From the human T2T-CHM13v2.0 reference genome, Homo sapiens, in the NCBI RefSeq assembly GCF_009914755.1, contig NC_060939.1: a stretch of 64,000 nt of DNA; one strand, given 5' to 3'. The position numbers and the translations under genes were made by a program. Under the pieces are notes generated by a model that saw only the letters and a program-made list of their open reading frames with translations, was not told where the DNA came from and made no database searches. Position 1 is the stretch's first letter, and every line of letters begins with the position of its first letter. This document shows positions 12,909 to 28,052 of the stretch, piece by piece.

Positions 12909-13904
12909 AGGCGCAGAGAGCTCCCGGCCCCAGGGTCCAACTACAGGAAGCCCATGGCTACAGTGCTCGCTCTGACAGCTATGACTAGAGTAGATTCCAC
13001 TTCCCACTATAGACATGTGGTCATGAAACCCAGGCACCCTAGTAGTAGGAGCACAGGGGCTGAGAAATAGTCCTCGCCAGACAGCCCAGGCTGAACAGAG
13101 GGGCATGACAAGATGCAAGTCGGCCACAGCAATTTAATGCAGATTTCTGTGGGTTATTATGCAAAAATATCCTACTTATATCTAAATGGAATACCCATGT
13201 GACTTGCCAGGCAAGGCCTAAATAATTATGTCTTTATGCTATAATTACACATTCCCACCAAATTACAGAAATTAGGAATGGAAAACAATAATGCTGCAAT
13301 GAAACCTTGTTTCCAATCCGAGGTCGTCTCTCCACACAGGTCAGAGTGTTTCACAACAGTCTTCTCCCAGAGGGAAGAAGTTCAGCTCCCAGTTAGCAGA
13401 AAGGAAAACTGAGCTACAGGGTTAACATAGCTCCTTTCAGACTACATTATGTTATTGATTGAGCAAAGTCAGGAAGAAAACCCCAGGCAATTATTCCATC
13501 CACTTCACCACTCTTCCTGGGGAAATCCAGTTGTCCTAACCTTCAAAGCCTTCTGCGAAGAAAAGTTTCAGGCTCTGAACACCACCCTATGATGTCCATT
13601 TAATTACTCCTTCATAGAATAAGTAACCCATTGATAAAGCTCATACCTTAACTAATGTGATTCTTTCATTAACCTTGATATTGTAAGTGTGGAAATTGCA
13701 TTTCCACACTTATATATTATATATGGAAATTGCATTTATTCGTGTTGTGTCTATCTATAAATCTCCAAACATACCCCATGGAAAGAAGTTTGGCCTATGC
13801 CAGAGGCTCCCCCACTCCAGAGATAACTTTGCGCACACAACCCCTCACAATGCTGTCTACCTGCTTCAGACAGGCTGGAGATGCTTTTCTGAAACAAGAG
13901 ATGA

Positions 13905-14125
13905 AAATAACAATTATTGAGCAGGTATATGTTCCAGGCTCTATGTTAAATGCTTCTAAGTACATCTGTTGTTTAACATTGCTCAGATAGTATTGTTATC
14001 CTTGTCTGTGGGAAGTAGAGAAGTTGAGATTTAGAAAGGTTAAAAAAATTGTCCAATGTCACACACTTGGATAGTAGCAGAGTGATGATTCACATGGAGG
14101 TATCTTTCATTCTAGAACACTACAG
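13905..14125 (-). mobile_element. MIR SINE
   Basis: attattgagcaggtatatgttccagg...gagatttagaaaggttaa...gtcacacac. Confidence 0.75.
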
Positions 14126-15337
14126 TCAACTTGAATTCTTGGTTAAGAGCAGAAATGATTCCCAAGTAAACCACCGTCTTAGGAAAAGCTAGCTGTAACT
14201 CTGAAAACCATATAAATACCAGAATAATTTTTGAATAATGATATTAATCATCATCATAATCCTTACATATTCATTTTTAAACAGTTTCAGTGAGATATAA
14301 CTCACATATTATAGTTCTACTTAAAGTGTACAAGTCAATGGTTTTTAATATAATCAGAGTTGTGCAACCACGATGACAATTTGAGCTTAGAGTATGTTCA
14401 GCACCCAAAAGAAATCCCATTAGCAGTCATTCTTACTTCCAAAACAACCACTCCAGCCCCAAGGCAACCACTAATCTATCTGTTCTAGATTTTCCTATTC
14501 TGACCATTTCCTGTAAATGGAATTATACAATATGTGGTCTTTTGTGACTGGCTTCTTTGACTTAGCATGATGTTTTCCAGGTTTATTCACAGTGTAGCAT
14601 GTATCAGAACTGAATTACTTTTTATTGCCAAATAATAGTTCATTGTACAGCTGTACCACATGTCGTTTATCCATTTTTTAGTAAACGGACATTTGGGTAT
14701 TAGGGCATAATGAATAATGCTGCTAGGAACATTCATACATACTTATGTGTATGTATAGAACTGTGTTTTCATTTCTCTATCTTGAATTACTCGAGTTGAA
14801 CTACCGGGTCATATCTAGATCTATGTTTCACTTTTCAAAAAACTGCCAAACTGTTTTCCAAACAGACTGCACCACATTCCCACCAGCAATGTATGAGAGT
14901 TTCAGTTTCTCCACATCTTCACCAACACTTGTTGTGGTCTATTTTATTATAGCCATCCTAATGAATGTAAAGTAGGATCTGATTGTGGTTTTGATTTGCA
15001 TTTTACTAGTGACTTATGATACTAAGCATCTTTTAATGTTCTTACTGGCCAATTGTGTGTCTTCTTTTGAGAAATGTCTATTTAAACCATTTTCCCATTT
15101 TTAATGGATTATCTTTTTATTATTGAGTTGTATCATTATATGTATTTTCTGGATATGTCTGTTTTCAGATAGGTGGTTTGCAAGTACTTTATCCAATTCT
15201 TTGGACTTTTAATAGTCCAAAGTTTTAAAATTTTAATGAAGTCCAATTTATCCACTTTTTCTTTCATTGCTTGTACTTTTGCTGTCATAACTAAGAAACC
15301 ACTTGCTAACCCAAAGTCATTAAGATTTACTGTTTTC

Positions 15338-17445
<2,108 letters not shown>

Positions 17446-18319
17446 AAGATTTACTGTTTTCTTCTAAGAGATATAGTTTTAGCTCTTACTTTTCTTATCC
17501 ATTTGGAGTTAATTTTTATGTATTATTTAAGGTAATGAGTCCAAGTTCATTCTTTTTGCATGTGGATATTTAGTTGTCTCAATACCATCTGTTGATAAGA
17601 CTAATTTCTCCATTAAATTCTTTTTGGCAGCCTTGTAAAAAATCAATGGCCATAGATTTATGGTATATTTCTGGACTATAAATTCTATTCCATTGGTCTA
17701 TATAGCTATCTTTATGCCACTATCACACTGTTTTGATTATTGAATAAGTTTTGAAATCAGGAAGTATGAGTTTTCTAACTTTGTTCTTTTTCAAGATTTT
17801 GGCTACTCTGGGTCTCAAGCAATTTCATATGAATTTCAGAATCAGCTTGTCAATTTCTACAAAAGAAAGCCTAGTTGGTATTTTGATACTGATTGTGTTG
17901 AATTTTAGATCAATTTGGGCAATAGTGCCATCATAACAATACTAAACTTCTCATCCATGAGTACAGAATGTCTCATTTATTTACATCTTTATTTTCACAA
18001 TGCTTTGTAGTCTTCAGTGTAGAAGTCTTGCACTTTTTGTCAAATTTATTTTTAAGTATTTTATCTCTTTTGGTGCTATTTTACATTGAATTGCTTAATT
18101 TTTGGATTACTTCTTGCTAGTATATAGAAATACAATTGATTTTTTTATATTGATCTTGATTCCACAACCTTGCTGAACTTATTCATGAGATCTCATGCTT
18201 TCATATTGATCCTGGTTTAAAAATTAACATTCTTCATCTCATTTAAAGTTGGAGCTGTAAAAAGCATATCAACTACTCAATGTGCTTATATGTCAAATAA
18301 AGAATCTGATACTAAAAGA

Positions 18320-18750
18320 GGGTCAATAACTGGACCAAAGACACACAGTGATAGAGCAGAGATTTAAAAGTCCATCACAGTGGCAGTGATTGAACCCATA
18401 GGAACTGATGAGGCTATCCAGAGAATGGTCTAAGTGCAAAACCTGGGAAGAAGAAGAGACCTGGGCAATGGAGACAGAGAAGTCACCAATGGAGAGATAG
18501 AAGAACAGAACAGAGCAATCACTGTAGAGGGACAAGAAATGGGAAGGAGAGTGAGACCTGAGATCAAAGGAGGTGAGCCGGTGGTGGTACCTGAACACCA
18601 GTCACTTAGTCTTTCACAGCACCTATTTCTTCATCAACATATGAGAATTATACTATTTGCGTTAAGAGGAGTTCATGAGACCACATATGTAAAAGCACTG
18701 TGTGAAGACCAAAAGGTTCAACAAATTCAAATTATTATTTCAATTATTAA
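18320..18750. mobile_element. L2 (minus) followed by MIR (plus) fragments
   Basis: gattgaacccataggaactgatgagg; agtcacttagtctttc...catatgtaaaagcact. Confidence 0.55.
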
Positions 18751-19167
18751 GGTATTAATAACCAAAAATGTCACCTGTGGAATAGCCATTGGATGTAAAT
18801 ATCAGACTGCGGCATGCAGAGGTACCCAGAAAAGACGGTCTAGAGCAGCTGTGAGACAGCAGTTAGGAGGGGGCTGATGAACACATGGGTACTGCTGGCA
18901 TGGGAGTCTGAACTCACTCTTCTGAGATGTGTGAGGGTAAAGGAAATGGGAGCAGCCACACAGAAGCATAAGAACTTTCTCTGGTTGAGGGAGATTGGCT
19001 CTATTTCTTTTGAGATTTGAGTGGGGAGACATGAGCAGGTTTGGAAGCAAAATGGAGGCAAGAAAGAGAGGGAGACATGGGTAGGAGAAAAAAAAAAACA
19101 GTAGCTTAAGACGAAAGTTAAGTTTAGGCAAGAAGGAGAGACCCTTCTTCCTGAAAAGCAAGCCGGG

Positions 19168-19559
19168 TGATATGGTTTGGATCTGTGTCCCCACACAAGT
19201 CTCATGTTCAATTGTAATCCCCAGTGTTGGAGGTGAGGCCTGGTGGGAGGTAATTGATCATGGGGGCGGTTCCTAATGGTTTAGCACCATCCCCCTTGGT
19301 CACAATAGTGAGTGAGTTCTCCTGAGAACTGGTTGTTTAGAAGTGTGTGGCACTTCTCCCTTCCCTCTGCTCCGGCCGGGAAAGAGGTGCCTGCTTTCCC
19401 TTCACCTTTTGTCATTATTGGAAGCTTCTTGAGGCCTCCCCAGGAGCTGCTATGCTTCCTCTAATGCTTGAAAAACCATGGGCCAATTAAACCTCTTTTC
19501 TTTATAAATTACCCGGCTTCAGGTGTCTCTTTATAGAAATGCAAAAACGGACTAATCCA
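19168..19559 (+). mobile_element. MSTA/MSTB solo LTR
   Basis: tgatatggtttgg...ccaattaaacctcttttctttataaattaccc...ggactaatcca; 5-bp TSD ccggg/ctggg. Confidence 0.92.
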
Positions 19560-20200
19560 CTGGGTAAAGAGGAAAGATGAACAGATGGGGAAATGCTGAT
19601 ATGAATAAAAAACAAACACATTTATCAAATCATGCCAGGCACTCTGTTAAGATGCTTAATTTTCATTAATGTATCACAAAACACGCACAGAACCCAGCAC
19701 AGGGACGGGCAGCCAAGTCTCGCGGGAATGAAGGTCTGGGAACCTGGTCTGTGAATTAGGCTGGTCTACCCACATGCTGCCTAGCATTAGCTAATGGAAA
19801 CCCTTTACAGACTCACCCCAGCCCAGCCCCACTGCTGCAAGCCCCCTAGACCCACTCTGCCAGGCCCCACCCTGCTCACTACTCACTCACTGTGTCTGGT
19901 CAGGTGTTGCCCTTTTCATTGTCTCTCATCTCCAGGTCAAGGTCCTCCCTTGAGCTTGAAATTGGCTTCTGTGCTCTTCATCCTTGGAGCTCTCTAAGGT
20001 GTTACTTATACCCCCTGGCCTTTCCCTCTCCCCTCCTGTTCCAGAAAGGCATCCCATTGAGGACCTTATTTCAGCATCATCAGCCCCTCCCTGGCCCAGG
20101 AATGGGAGTTTTAGCATTAGAAAAGCAATAAGACAAAAATATAAGGATAGCTGAGGGCCCACCTAAAGTTGGGATTTAATGCTTATCTGCAAAATAAGTG

Positions 20201-20433
20201 TCCTCATCTGCTGCTTTCTATCCTTTGACCACATCGTCCCATTTCCTTCTCTCCCACCTCCACCCTTGGTAACCACTGTTTTATTCTCTACCTCTGCATA
20301 TTTCACTTGTTTTTTTAGATTCTTGATGGATATGTTAATTTGTTTTACTATAGTAACCATTTTACTATCTATATGTATCTCATGGCATCATGTCATCTAC
20401 CTTACCTATACATAACAACATTTATTTTTGAAA
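20201..20433. mobile_element. Short L1MA5-like 3' end with 5' inversion
   Basis: 20201-20321 is antisense L1MA 3' UTR; 20322-20433 is the sense terminal segment (tatagtaaccattttactatctatatgtatc). Confidence 0.75.
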
Positions 20434-20450
20434 CCTAAGTATCTGTAAAA

Positions 20451-20780
20451 CATGGGTCACAAACTGAAATAGCAGGGAACTTGAATGCAGGTCATATGGA
20501 ACTTGTAGTAAACTGCAGCACTCAGGCACTGCCTGCCTAATGGGGACAGCCTCCACTCAGCTCCAGCCAATGACTGCCATGGGGAAATGTGAGGGAATCC
20601 CCCCAGAGAAGATCTTCCAATTTTTCATGAGATGCAGAAATTTCAAGTGCGTTTAATGTGCCTTCTCCCAATCTTTAAATGTAAGCAGCTAATTTGGAAA
20701 ATCTTAAACATAGTATAAACCAAACAAATTATGTCTGCAAACCATACTTGACTCTTCAGCAATCGGTTTGCACTCTGTGT
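20451..20780 (-). mobile_element. MER102-like hAT element
   Basis: ctcagctccagccaatgactgccatg...agatcttccaattttt...ccaaacaaattatgtctgc. Confidence 0.75.
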
Positions 20781-20887
20781 CTCCATTCTCACACTAACAT
20801 TATCCCGAAGGACCTCGCTTTCAGGAAAAATTGCTTCTCAGTGCCTTCCTGGTAGGCATCTACCTCAAGCTGGCCTTTCCTCTGAAG

Positions 20888-21126
20888 CTGGGACAGCAAA
20901 GTACAACCTCTGGGCCAGATCAGGCCCCTGGACCAAATCCAGCCTACGGCCTGATTTTATAAATAAAGTTTTATTGGAACACAGCCACACATTCACTTCC
21001 CTATTATCTATGGCTACTTTTCCACTATAACAGCAGAGTCGAGCAGCTGCCAAAGAGACTATAAGGCCCCTAAAGCCTAACATATTTAACACTCAGCCCT
21101 TTACAGAAAAACTTTGCTAACCACTG
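20888..21126 (+). mobile_element. MER58A hAT MITE with internal 18-bp duplication
   Basis: aaataaagttttattggaacacagccac...ccctttacagaaaaactttgc; degenerate TSD ctctgaag/ctctaggg. Confidence 0.88.
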
Positions 21127-21344
21127 CTCTAGGGCAAAGAAGATTCACAACAGGTGGAAGAATTGCATATTGTTAATCCATGAAGAAGCCTCCTGGAGAT
21201 GTGTGATGTGGTGGCCCCACTCAATACTGATGCCTGCTGCTTTTCTCTCATTATCTGGAGCTCTTCAACAGATGAGGAAGAGGGCTTGGCAAGTGGCTTC
21301 TTATAGGAGAAACGACAGGTGTTTGGAAATAGCAGATTTTATTA

Positions 21345-21510
21345 GCAACTCCTGAGCAAGTCACTTAGCCTTCCTAAACTCCCAAATGAGAATCCGTACA
21401 ACTGGGAAGAAATTTCAACCTTCAGGGTTGTCCTAAGGATTACATTAGATTTGCATATTAAAATTCTGATACACAGTTCCTGGCCTATGTTAGGTGCTCA
21501 ATTAACATCA
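21345..21510 (+). mobile_element. MIR SINE
   Basis: ctgagcaagtcacttagcctt...cagggttgtcctaaggatta...taggtgctcaat. Confidence 0.65.
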
Positions 21511-22214
21511 GTCACATTTAAAAGCACTTTGAATACGGCAAAAATCAAGGATTTCTCAAGAATCCAGTTGTGCTTGATAGCATTTTGAACACTGTAAAAC
21601 TTAGGATTAGATCAAGAATCCTGATGCTTCCCATAGAAATTAGCCATAGGAAGGTACTGGTGCTGCAGGATAAATCTGCGCTGGCCGGTCACATTCTTTC
21701 CCAAGTCTGTTCTTTATCCAGCCCATCTTGGCCATCTTACCAACAGTTGGGAGTCTATCTTAAACTGCTTTCTCTCTCTCTGACTGTCTTTCTTTTCCTC
21801 TCCCTCTCTCCCTGCCCTGCCCCCCGACCCTTCCTCTTCAGGATCATGAAAATTAGCCAAATTTGTAATTTTGAAAATGAGCTTTTGGTCATCCATCATT
21901 TGTCCTGTCACAGCCAAGGGATGTGCCACACATTCCCTGAAACTTAATCTACCAAGGTGCTGGGGAAGATATGTTTCCCATCAGGGCCAGCTCTGAGTGT
22001 GAGCTGTACAAGGTGATGAGATAATCACAGATGGGTGATAAATCCAGCAGCAAATGAACGAAGGCCACTGCTAGGTCAGTCCAGCTGCTCAGAACCCCAT
22101 CTTCAGCCTCAACTGAGTGTGGCCCCACCTCCTCTGTGGCTGAATCGCTGCCCTTAAACTGAAGGGCAGCCAGTAATGGAGCCAGGAATACGCTATCTTC
22201 AGCCCTAGGCCTGG

Positions 22215-22568
22215 TATGTTAGTCTGTTTTCACACTGCTGATAAAGACATGCCCGAATCTGGGAACAAAAAAATGTTTAATTGGACTTACAGTTCCACAT
22301 GGCTGGGGAGGCCTCAGAATCCTGGCGCGAGGCGAAGAACTCTCCTCACCTGACCGCAGGAAGAGAAAATGAGGAAGAAGCAAAAGCGGAAACCCCTGAT
22401 AAACCCGTCAGATCTCGTGAGACTTATTCACTATCACGAGAATAGCACGGGAAAGATTGGCCCCCATGATTCAATTACCTCCCCCTGGGTCCCTCCTGCA
22501 ACACGTGGGAATTCTGGGAGATACAATTCAAGTCGGGATTTTGGCGGGGACACAGCCAAACCATATCA
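22215..22568 (-). mobile_element. THE1A/B solo LTR
   Basis: gctgataaagacat...cagatctcgtgagacttattcactatcacgag...cacagccaaaccatatca; TSD cctgg/cttgg. Confidence 0.95.
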
Positions 22569-22949
22569 CTTGGTGACAGTCTACGACCTCAGAGTTCGTT
22601 GAGAAATTATTTACATCTGAAAAGGACTCCGAACCAGAGAACACTCTGCAAAAGAAGTAACTGGGCTACCCTGAGCTCTGGACGACCCTCACTTCCTTCT
22701 TCACTGATTTCCTCCCATAGCAATTGTATGTCCCACATGCAAATAATCTGCTGTCTCTCACATCTGATCTTACTTAAAAACTCAAGGGGCTCTCATCCTA
22801 ATTAAAATCCATAATTATTTATGCAGCCTCTTCAATGGTCCTCATTCTCAGCTCAGACCCCATTCACTGCCCACTGTTTGCATTCAGGCAAAGTTAAGAG
22901 GTTCCTGAACACTGCAGAGGCACAGAGCCCTCCAACATTGGCCTCCTTC

Positions 22950-23680
22950 ACATTCTTCTCTCTTCAGCCCAGCTCAGACCACGTCATTTCCCTGTGCTGA
23001 CATGCGCATTGGCTCCCCCTTGCCTGCAGAAAAGTACGCGTGCTTCAGTGTGATCTTCAAAATCCTCTCCTGCCTGGCTCTCCTTTGCAAATTTTTCTCT
23101 CATGATGCATTACCTGATCCCCCGCAAAACTAGCATTTTCCACCTTTATGCTGCCTGGAATCCCCAGTACTCCTCTCTTCAATCTTCTTACCTACCCAAA
23201 TTGGGCCAACCCCCAAAGCAGCTCAAATGCCATGTCTTCCATTAAAATCTTCCTGTATCCTCTGGGTGAAAATTACTTATCCCCGCCTGGTCTGAGTTTG
23301 CTCAGCCCTTTGTACCTTCTTTAGGGCTCTCCTCCAATTTGGCCATTTTAATTTAACATTTGAGTGTCCGTGTGTGTTACCTTCTCTAGTAGTTAACAAG
23401 CTACTCCAAGATGAGAGCCAGATTTTGGCCATCTTTGTGGAGCCAGGTGTGATGGTGGTGACCAGCAGAAGAATGTGGATAGACTTTGGAATCCAACAGA
23501 TCAGGATTTGAATCCTACTTCCACCAGTCACTTGTTTTGGGAATTTTGAGAGGTTGTTTACCTCTCTGAGCCTACTCCCTTATCAGCAAAATGACAATAT
23601 TAATGTCTAATTCCCTGTGTAGTTTTTTGGTTAAAATCCATGCTGGGCATAAAGCATATATTTAATCATTGCCCGTTTCC
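22950..23680 (+). mobile_element. L2 followed by MIR
   Basis: cagctcaaatgccatgtcttcc (L2); gactttggaatccaacag...tttgaatcctacttcc (MIR from ~23455). Confidence 0.65.
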
Positions 23681-24245
23681 CCCTTCTTCTCTGATACTTT
23701 CCACTTAGTATGTATTCTGTAAGTGTTCTTTTTGTTCTGATGAAATTGCCTGCTGTTTATGCAGACACCCTGCTTCCCTTGACACCAAGAGTAGTGTTCT
23801 CTGTCTTCTCCTGAAGACCTCCCCTCTCACCTTGAATCTCTTCGACTTGGTCCAGACAATTAGCTTTTCAGGGGTTTGATGAATGGGCATTAGTAGGAGA
23901 ATGTCCATCCAGAGGAAATCTTTATTTTTAAAAATTTGCTATACAGAATCAGATGATAATTTTACTTTTAGAGAAAAACAAAAGAGCAAAATTGAGGATA
24001 GGACTTGTGATTACACGTCCCTCCTGCAGCCCACATCTTTCCCGGCTCACCTTTGCTGACCTACGTGCAAATTCTTCAGCCTGGCATTTACGGCTGTCCT
24101 CCATGGGGCCTCTACACACCTTTCCGCCATGATCTCTATAGTTACCCTACACTTAAGCCAGACTGGTCTAAGTGTTTCCATTACAAATGCCCTGTTAGTT
24201 TAAGCTGGTAGCATTTCAATAAGCCAAGAAAAAGAATAAGGTATA

Positions 24246-24660
<415 letters not shown>

Positions 24661-25151
24661 TCAGAAAGGTCAGCCAGCTACCTGGCAGCAGAATAAACTA
24701 GAAAGACTTGCTTGTTCTTGTATTTAGCTGACAGGTCATGAGGATATACTTTGGAGCAGGTGCTACATCCGCACTGGGGATTCAGAGAGAAAGAATGACT
24801 TTACCTAGAACTTGGCCCTTATTCCTGAAGGCAACCAGTGTAGCAGAGAAGACCAACATAGACAGCATCCTGAGTAGATGATGGATGAAACACTGGGGTG
24901 CTGCAACCAGGCTCTGTAGAGCCAGAAACAGAACTCCCCAGCCTGTGCTCCGTGATCTTCCAGCCAGAAGACGTCCAGGCAGCAGTTTCTCCAACTGCTG
25001 CCTGAGAGAGCGCATTTACTATTGCTACTGGGCAGCTGAGAATTTCCTGCTCTGTTCACCTTGTCTGTATCTTCCTATTTAATGGGTGATCAGGGTCCAT
25101 AAATAATTTCCTTCATTTACCATATTCTAGGGCTGAGTACATCTTCTAGGT

Positions 25152-25331
25152 CAGTGGTTTGTGGACCAGCAGCATCCGAATCACCTGGGAACTTGTTAAA
25201 AATGTAAATACTAAGGCTGACTGCAGACCTACTGAATCAGAAATTCTGAGCCTTCTGGGAAGGCCCTGCAATCTGGGTTTTAACAAGCCCTCCAGGTCAG
25301 GTTGATGCATGCTAGAGTTTGAGAATGACAG
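25152..25331 (+). mobile_element. MER5A MITE
   Basis: cagacctactgaatcagaa...ttttaacaagccctccagg; 8-bp TSD ttctaggt/ttctagat. Confidence 0.88.
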
Positions 25332-26427
25332 TTCTAGATAGACAGTAACCTCTCAGAGGGGCACTGGTGTCAGAGATGTAGGTTGGTGGCTTTTGCTGCC
25401 TTGTTTCTGTGGGGACTCTCCAAAGAGGTCATAGAGGTCCTGTCATCTTTCAACTCTCCACGTAGATTCCCTAACACCATCTCCTCATCAGTGAATTGCA
25501 ACATTGGATTAGGCACAATGTCTTACATTTTCTCAAATGTATTTGACAACTTTATTGTTTGTGTGTGTGTATGCCTGTGTGTGGGTGGATTCAGGCAGGG
25601 AAAAGGGGTAGGGAGGTTGGTAGAAGTGACAGGAAAAGGATTCTCCTCCCCATGGGAACACTCCAGCAAGTTCTCAGACATGTCACAGGCTGAAGCGCCA
25701 GAGGACAACAGCATGGAGCCGTCCATAAGTAAGAATTGCCAAACGTGTGACATCCAGCCATCTGTGAGCCTGTTTATGTGTCTAGAGCCCTCATTATCCT
25801 CCTGTGCACAGGAAGGGATAGGGATTAGCGTGCTCTGAGAACAAGGCTAGGATCACTTTATTGCCGTACAGGAGTCAGTTTCAAAAGTGATCTCTGCCAG
25901 CCCCCTTGCCATTACCAGAGTCTAGCCTGGCAGCCTTTCCATGGTTCCTACCCAAAGGGCATTTATATAACCATATAGCACATAGGAGCACCAGGTTGGG
26001 ATGGGGATGGGTTGATAATATCCCCCTGTGGGCAGTGCAGGGGAAACGACATCTGACAAGGCTTAACTGAGAAAGCCTGGCTTAGAATATTGTATGCCAG
26101 ATTCTGTTTGTGCAGAACACAGCAACTTGACTTTCCTTGGAGGGAGCAGGGAGACTAGAGAGGTGTAAATGAGGCTGTAATGAAACAGCTTCCTCCCTAC
26201 CTTTTAGCAGCTTACAGAGAGAGAAACAGGAGACGCGTGAATTGAAGGCTGAGTGAGCAGTCTGCTCTGCTCAGGACCCACTTGCTGACAAGAGGCAAAT
26301 GGAATACTAAGTACTCTGTGCCTGAATGCCTGGGAGCCTCCGGAAGCTGCCTCACTGCGTAGGTGGCAGCGCTAAAGCCCTGGTACAGAAAACATGCACT
26401 TGGGAGAGGGGGATAATGATAGCAAAA

Positions 26428-26469
<42 letters not shown>
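26428..26469. repeat. (ATG)14 trinucleotide microsatellite
   Basis: Perfect 14 units; lies at the tail side of an antisense MIR. Confidence 0.97.
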
Positions 26470-26471
<2 letters not shown>

Positions 26472-26479
26472 GACAATGA

Positions 26480-26672
26480 TGACAATAAAGTTGGATGCCT
26501 GCCCTAAGTATTGTATGCTAAAAGCTTCAAAAGCATTCACTCATTTGATATTTGCAAAAGCCCCCAAGAGAAATAGTTACTACTCTTGTTTCTATTTGAC
26601 AGGCAAGCCTGCTAAGGCTCACAGAGCTTGAGTAACTTGTCCAACATTTGTGTTAGAGCTGGATTTGAACTT
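26480..26672 (-). mobile_element. MIR SINE
   Basis: ctaaggctcacagagcttgagtaacttgtccaac...gagctggatttgaac. Confidence 0.65.
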
Positions 26673-26940
26673 ACATAGTGCCTAGTATCTCAATAAATAA
26701 TTACTGAATAAGAAAATGAATGAATGAATAAATAAATACACACATAATCAGCTGTATCTGACAACTATACGCTATCTTAACCCTGACATTGATTTGCGCT
26801 GTGGCCTTAGACAAATTACCTGCCTTCTTTATTTTTACCTCCATAGTATTTTTTCACCTTACTCACCTTGAAAGGCTATTCTACCCTGAAAGAAACGAAG
26901 AATGCATTGGGCAGCCAGCTGGTCCTATTAAATAGCTGCC

Positions 26941-27471
26941 TGCAGTGGTTAATTTTATGTGTCAACTTGACTGGCTTAAGGGGTGCCCAGACAGCTGGTA
27001 AAACATTATTCCTGAGTGTGTTTGTGTGGGTGTTTCTGGAAGAGATGAGCACTTGTATTGGTAGACTGAGTAAAGAAGACCAACCAATCACCAAGATGGA
27101 TGGGCCTCATGTAATTCATTAAGAGCACCAATACAACAAAAAAGCAGAGGAAGGGAGAATTTGCTGTCTCTTGTGGAACTAGGATATCCATCTTCTCTTG
27201 CCCTGGGACATCAGAGCTTAAGGTTCTCGGACCGTCAGATTCTAGACTTACACAAACCACAAGCACCCCTGCTCCTAACTCTCTGGGTCTCAGGCCTTCA
27301 GACTCAGACTAAATGATACCACTGGCTTTCCTGGTTCTCCAGCTCAGTGGTGGTCTATAGTGGAACTTCTCAGCCTCTGTAAGCATGTGAGCCAACTCCA
27401 TAGTAAATCCCCTTTATGTGTATGTATATATCCTATGGGATCTGTTTCTCTGGAGAAGGCTGATTGCAATA
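26941..27471 (+). mobile_element. MLT2B-like (ERVL) solo LTR
   Basis: tgcagtggttaattttatgtgtcaacttgactgg...ctgtttctctggagaa; perfect TSD ctgcc. Confidence 0.92.
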
Positions 27472-27559
27472 CTGCCCTTTCATAGCCCATGCTTTCCTAC
27501 GGCTGCTTCAGTCTTTTGCCCTATTACACTGGGCCACCACTAAGTATACATTAAGACTC

Positions 27560-27835
27560 GGCTCAGATTTTGCCTTTTATAGGAAGTACCTCCCGGCTTT
27601 CACTCTGACAACAATGCTCCTCCTCTTGCATGTCTACTCTGCCATGTCTCATTGTACAACAATCTTTAGATTACTTGCTGGCTCCCGCACTAGTCTCTTT
27701 GGTGGCAGAGACTGTGTTGATCACTTTTGTATACCCAGAGCCTTGTCTTCCTCTTAGTACAGGTAGGTTCTCTCAAAATGTTTGCTGAGTTAATGTATGT
27801 ATGTACGTATGTATGTATGTGTGTATGTGTGTGTG
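27560..27835 (+). mobile_element. L2 3' end with (ATGT)n/(GT)n tail
   Basis: ggcagagactgtgtt...caggtagg...aaatgtttgctgagt followed by a simple repeat. Confidence 0.65.
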
Positions 27836-28052
27836 CCAGGGAAATTCCTTGGTACAATGTAAAGGTCTTAGGGAACAGAGTCCAAAGTGAGCTAAAGGAC
27901 ATCTCAGTGAAGTCTATCAGCACCTGTAGACTTACCATGGACTAATAATGTTCAGTGGAATAAATAGAAAATAAAGTGAGTTGAGCCTGAAGGGGAAAAA
28001 ATCCTTTCTGTTGAGCGGTGTATCTATTACTTTCACCTGATTTTCCTTTAGG

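Noticed and set aside
22292-22315. PRDM9 hotspot motif in the THE1 LTR
   Set aside because: Reads CCTCCCCAGCCAT on the LTR strand, not the hotspot-associated CCTCCCTNNCCAC
26326-26631. Poly-Met protein
   Set aside because: Translation of an (ATG)14 microsatellite plus MIR
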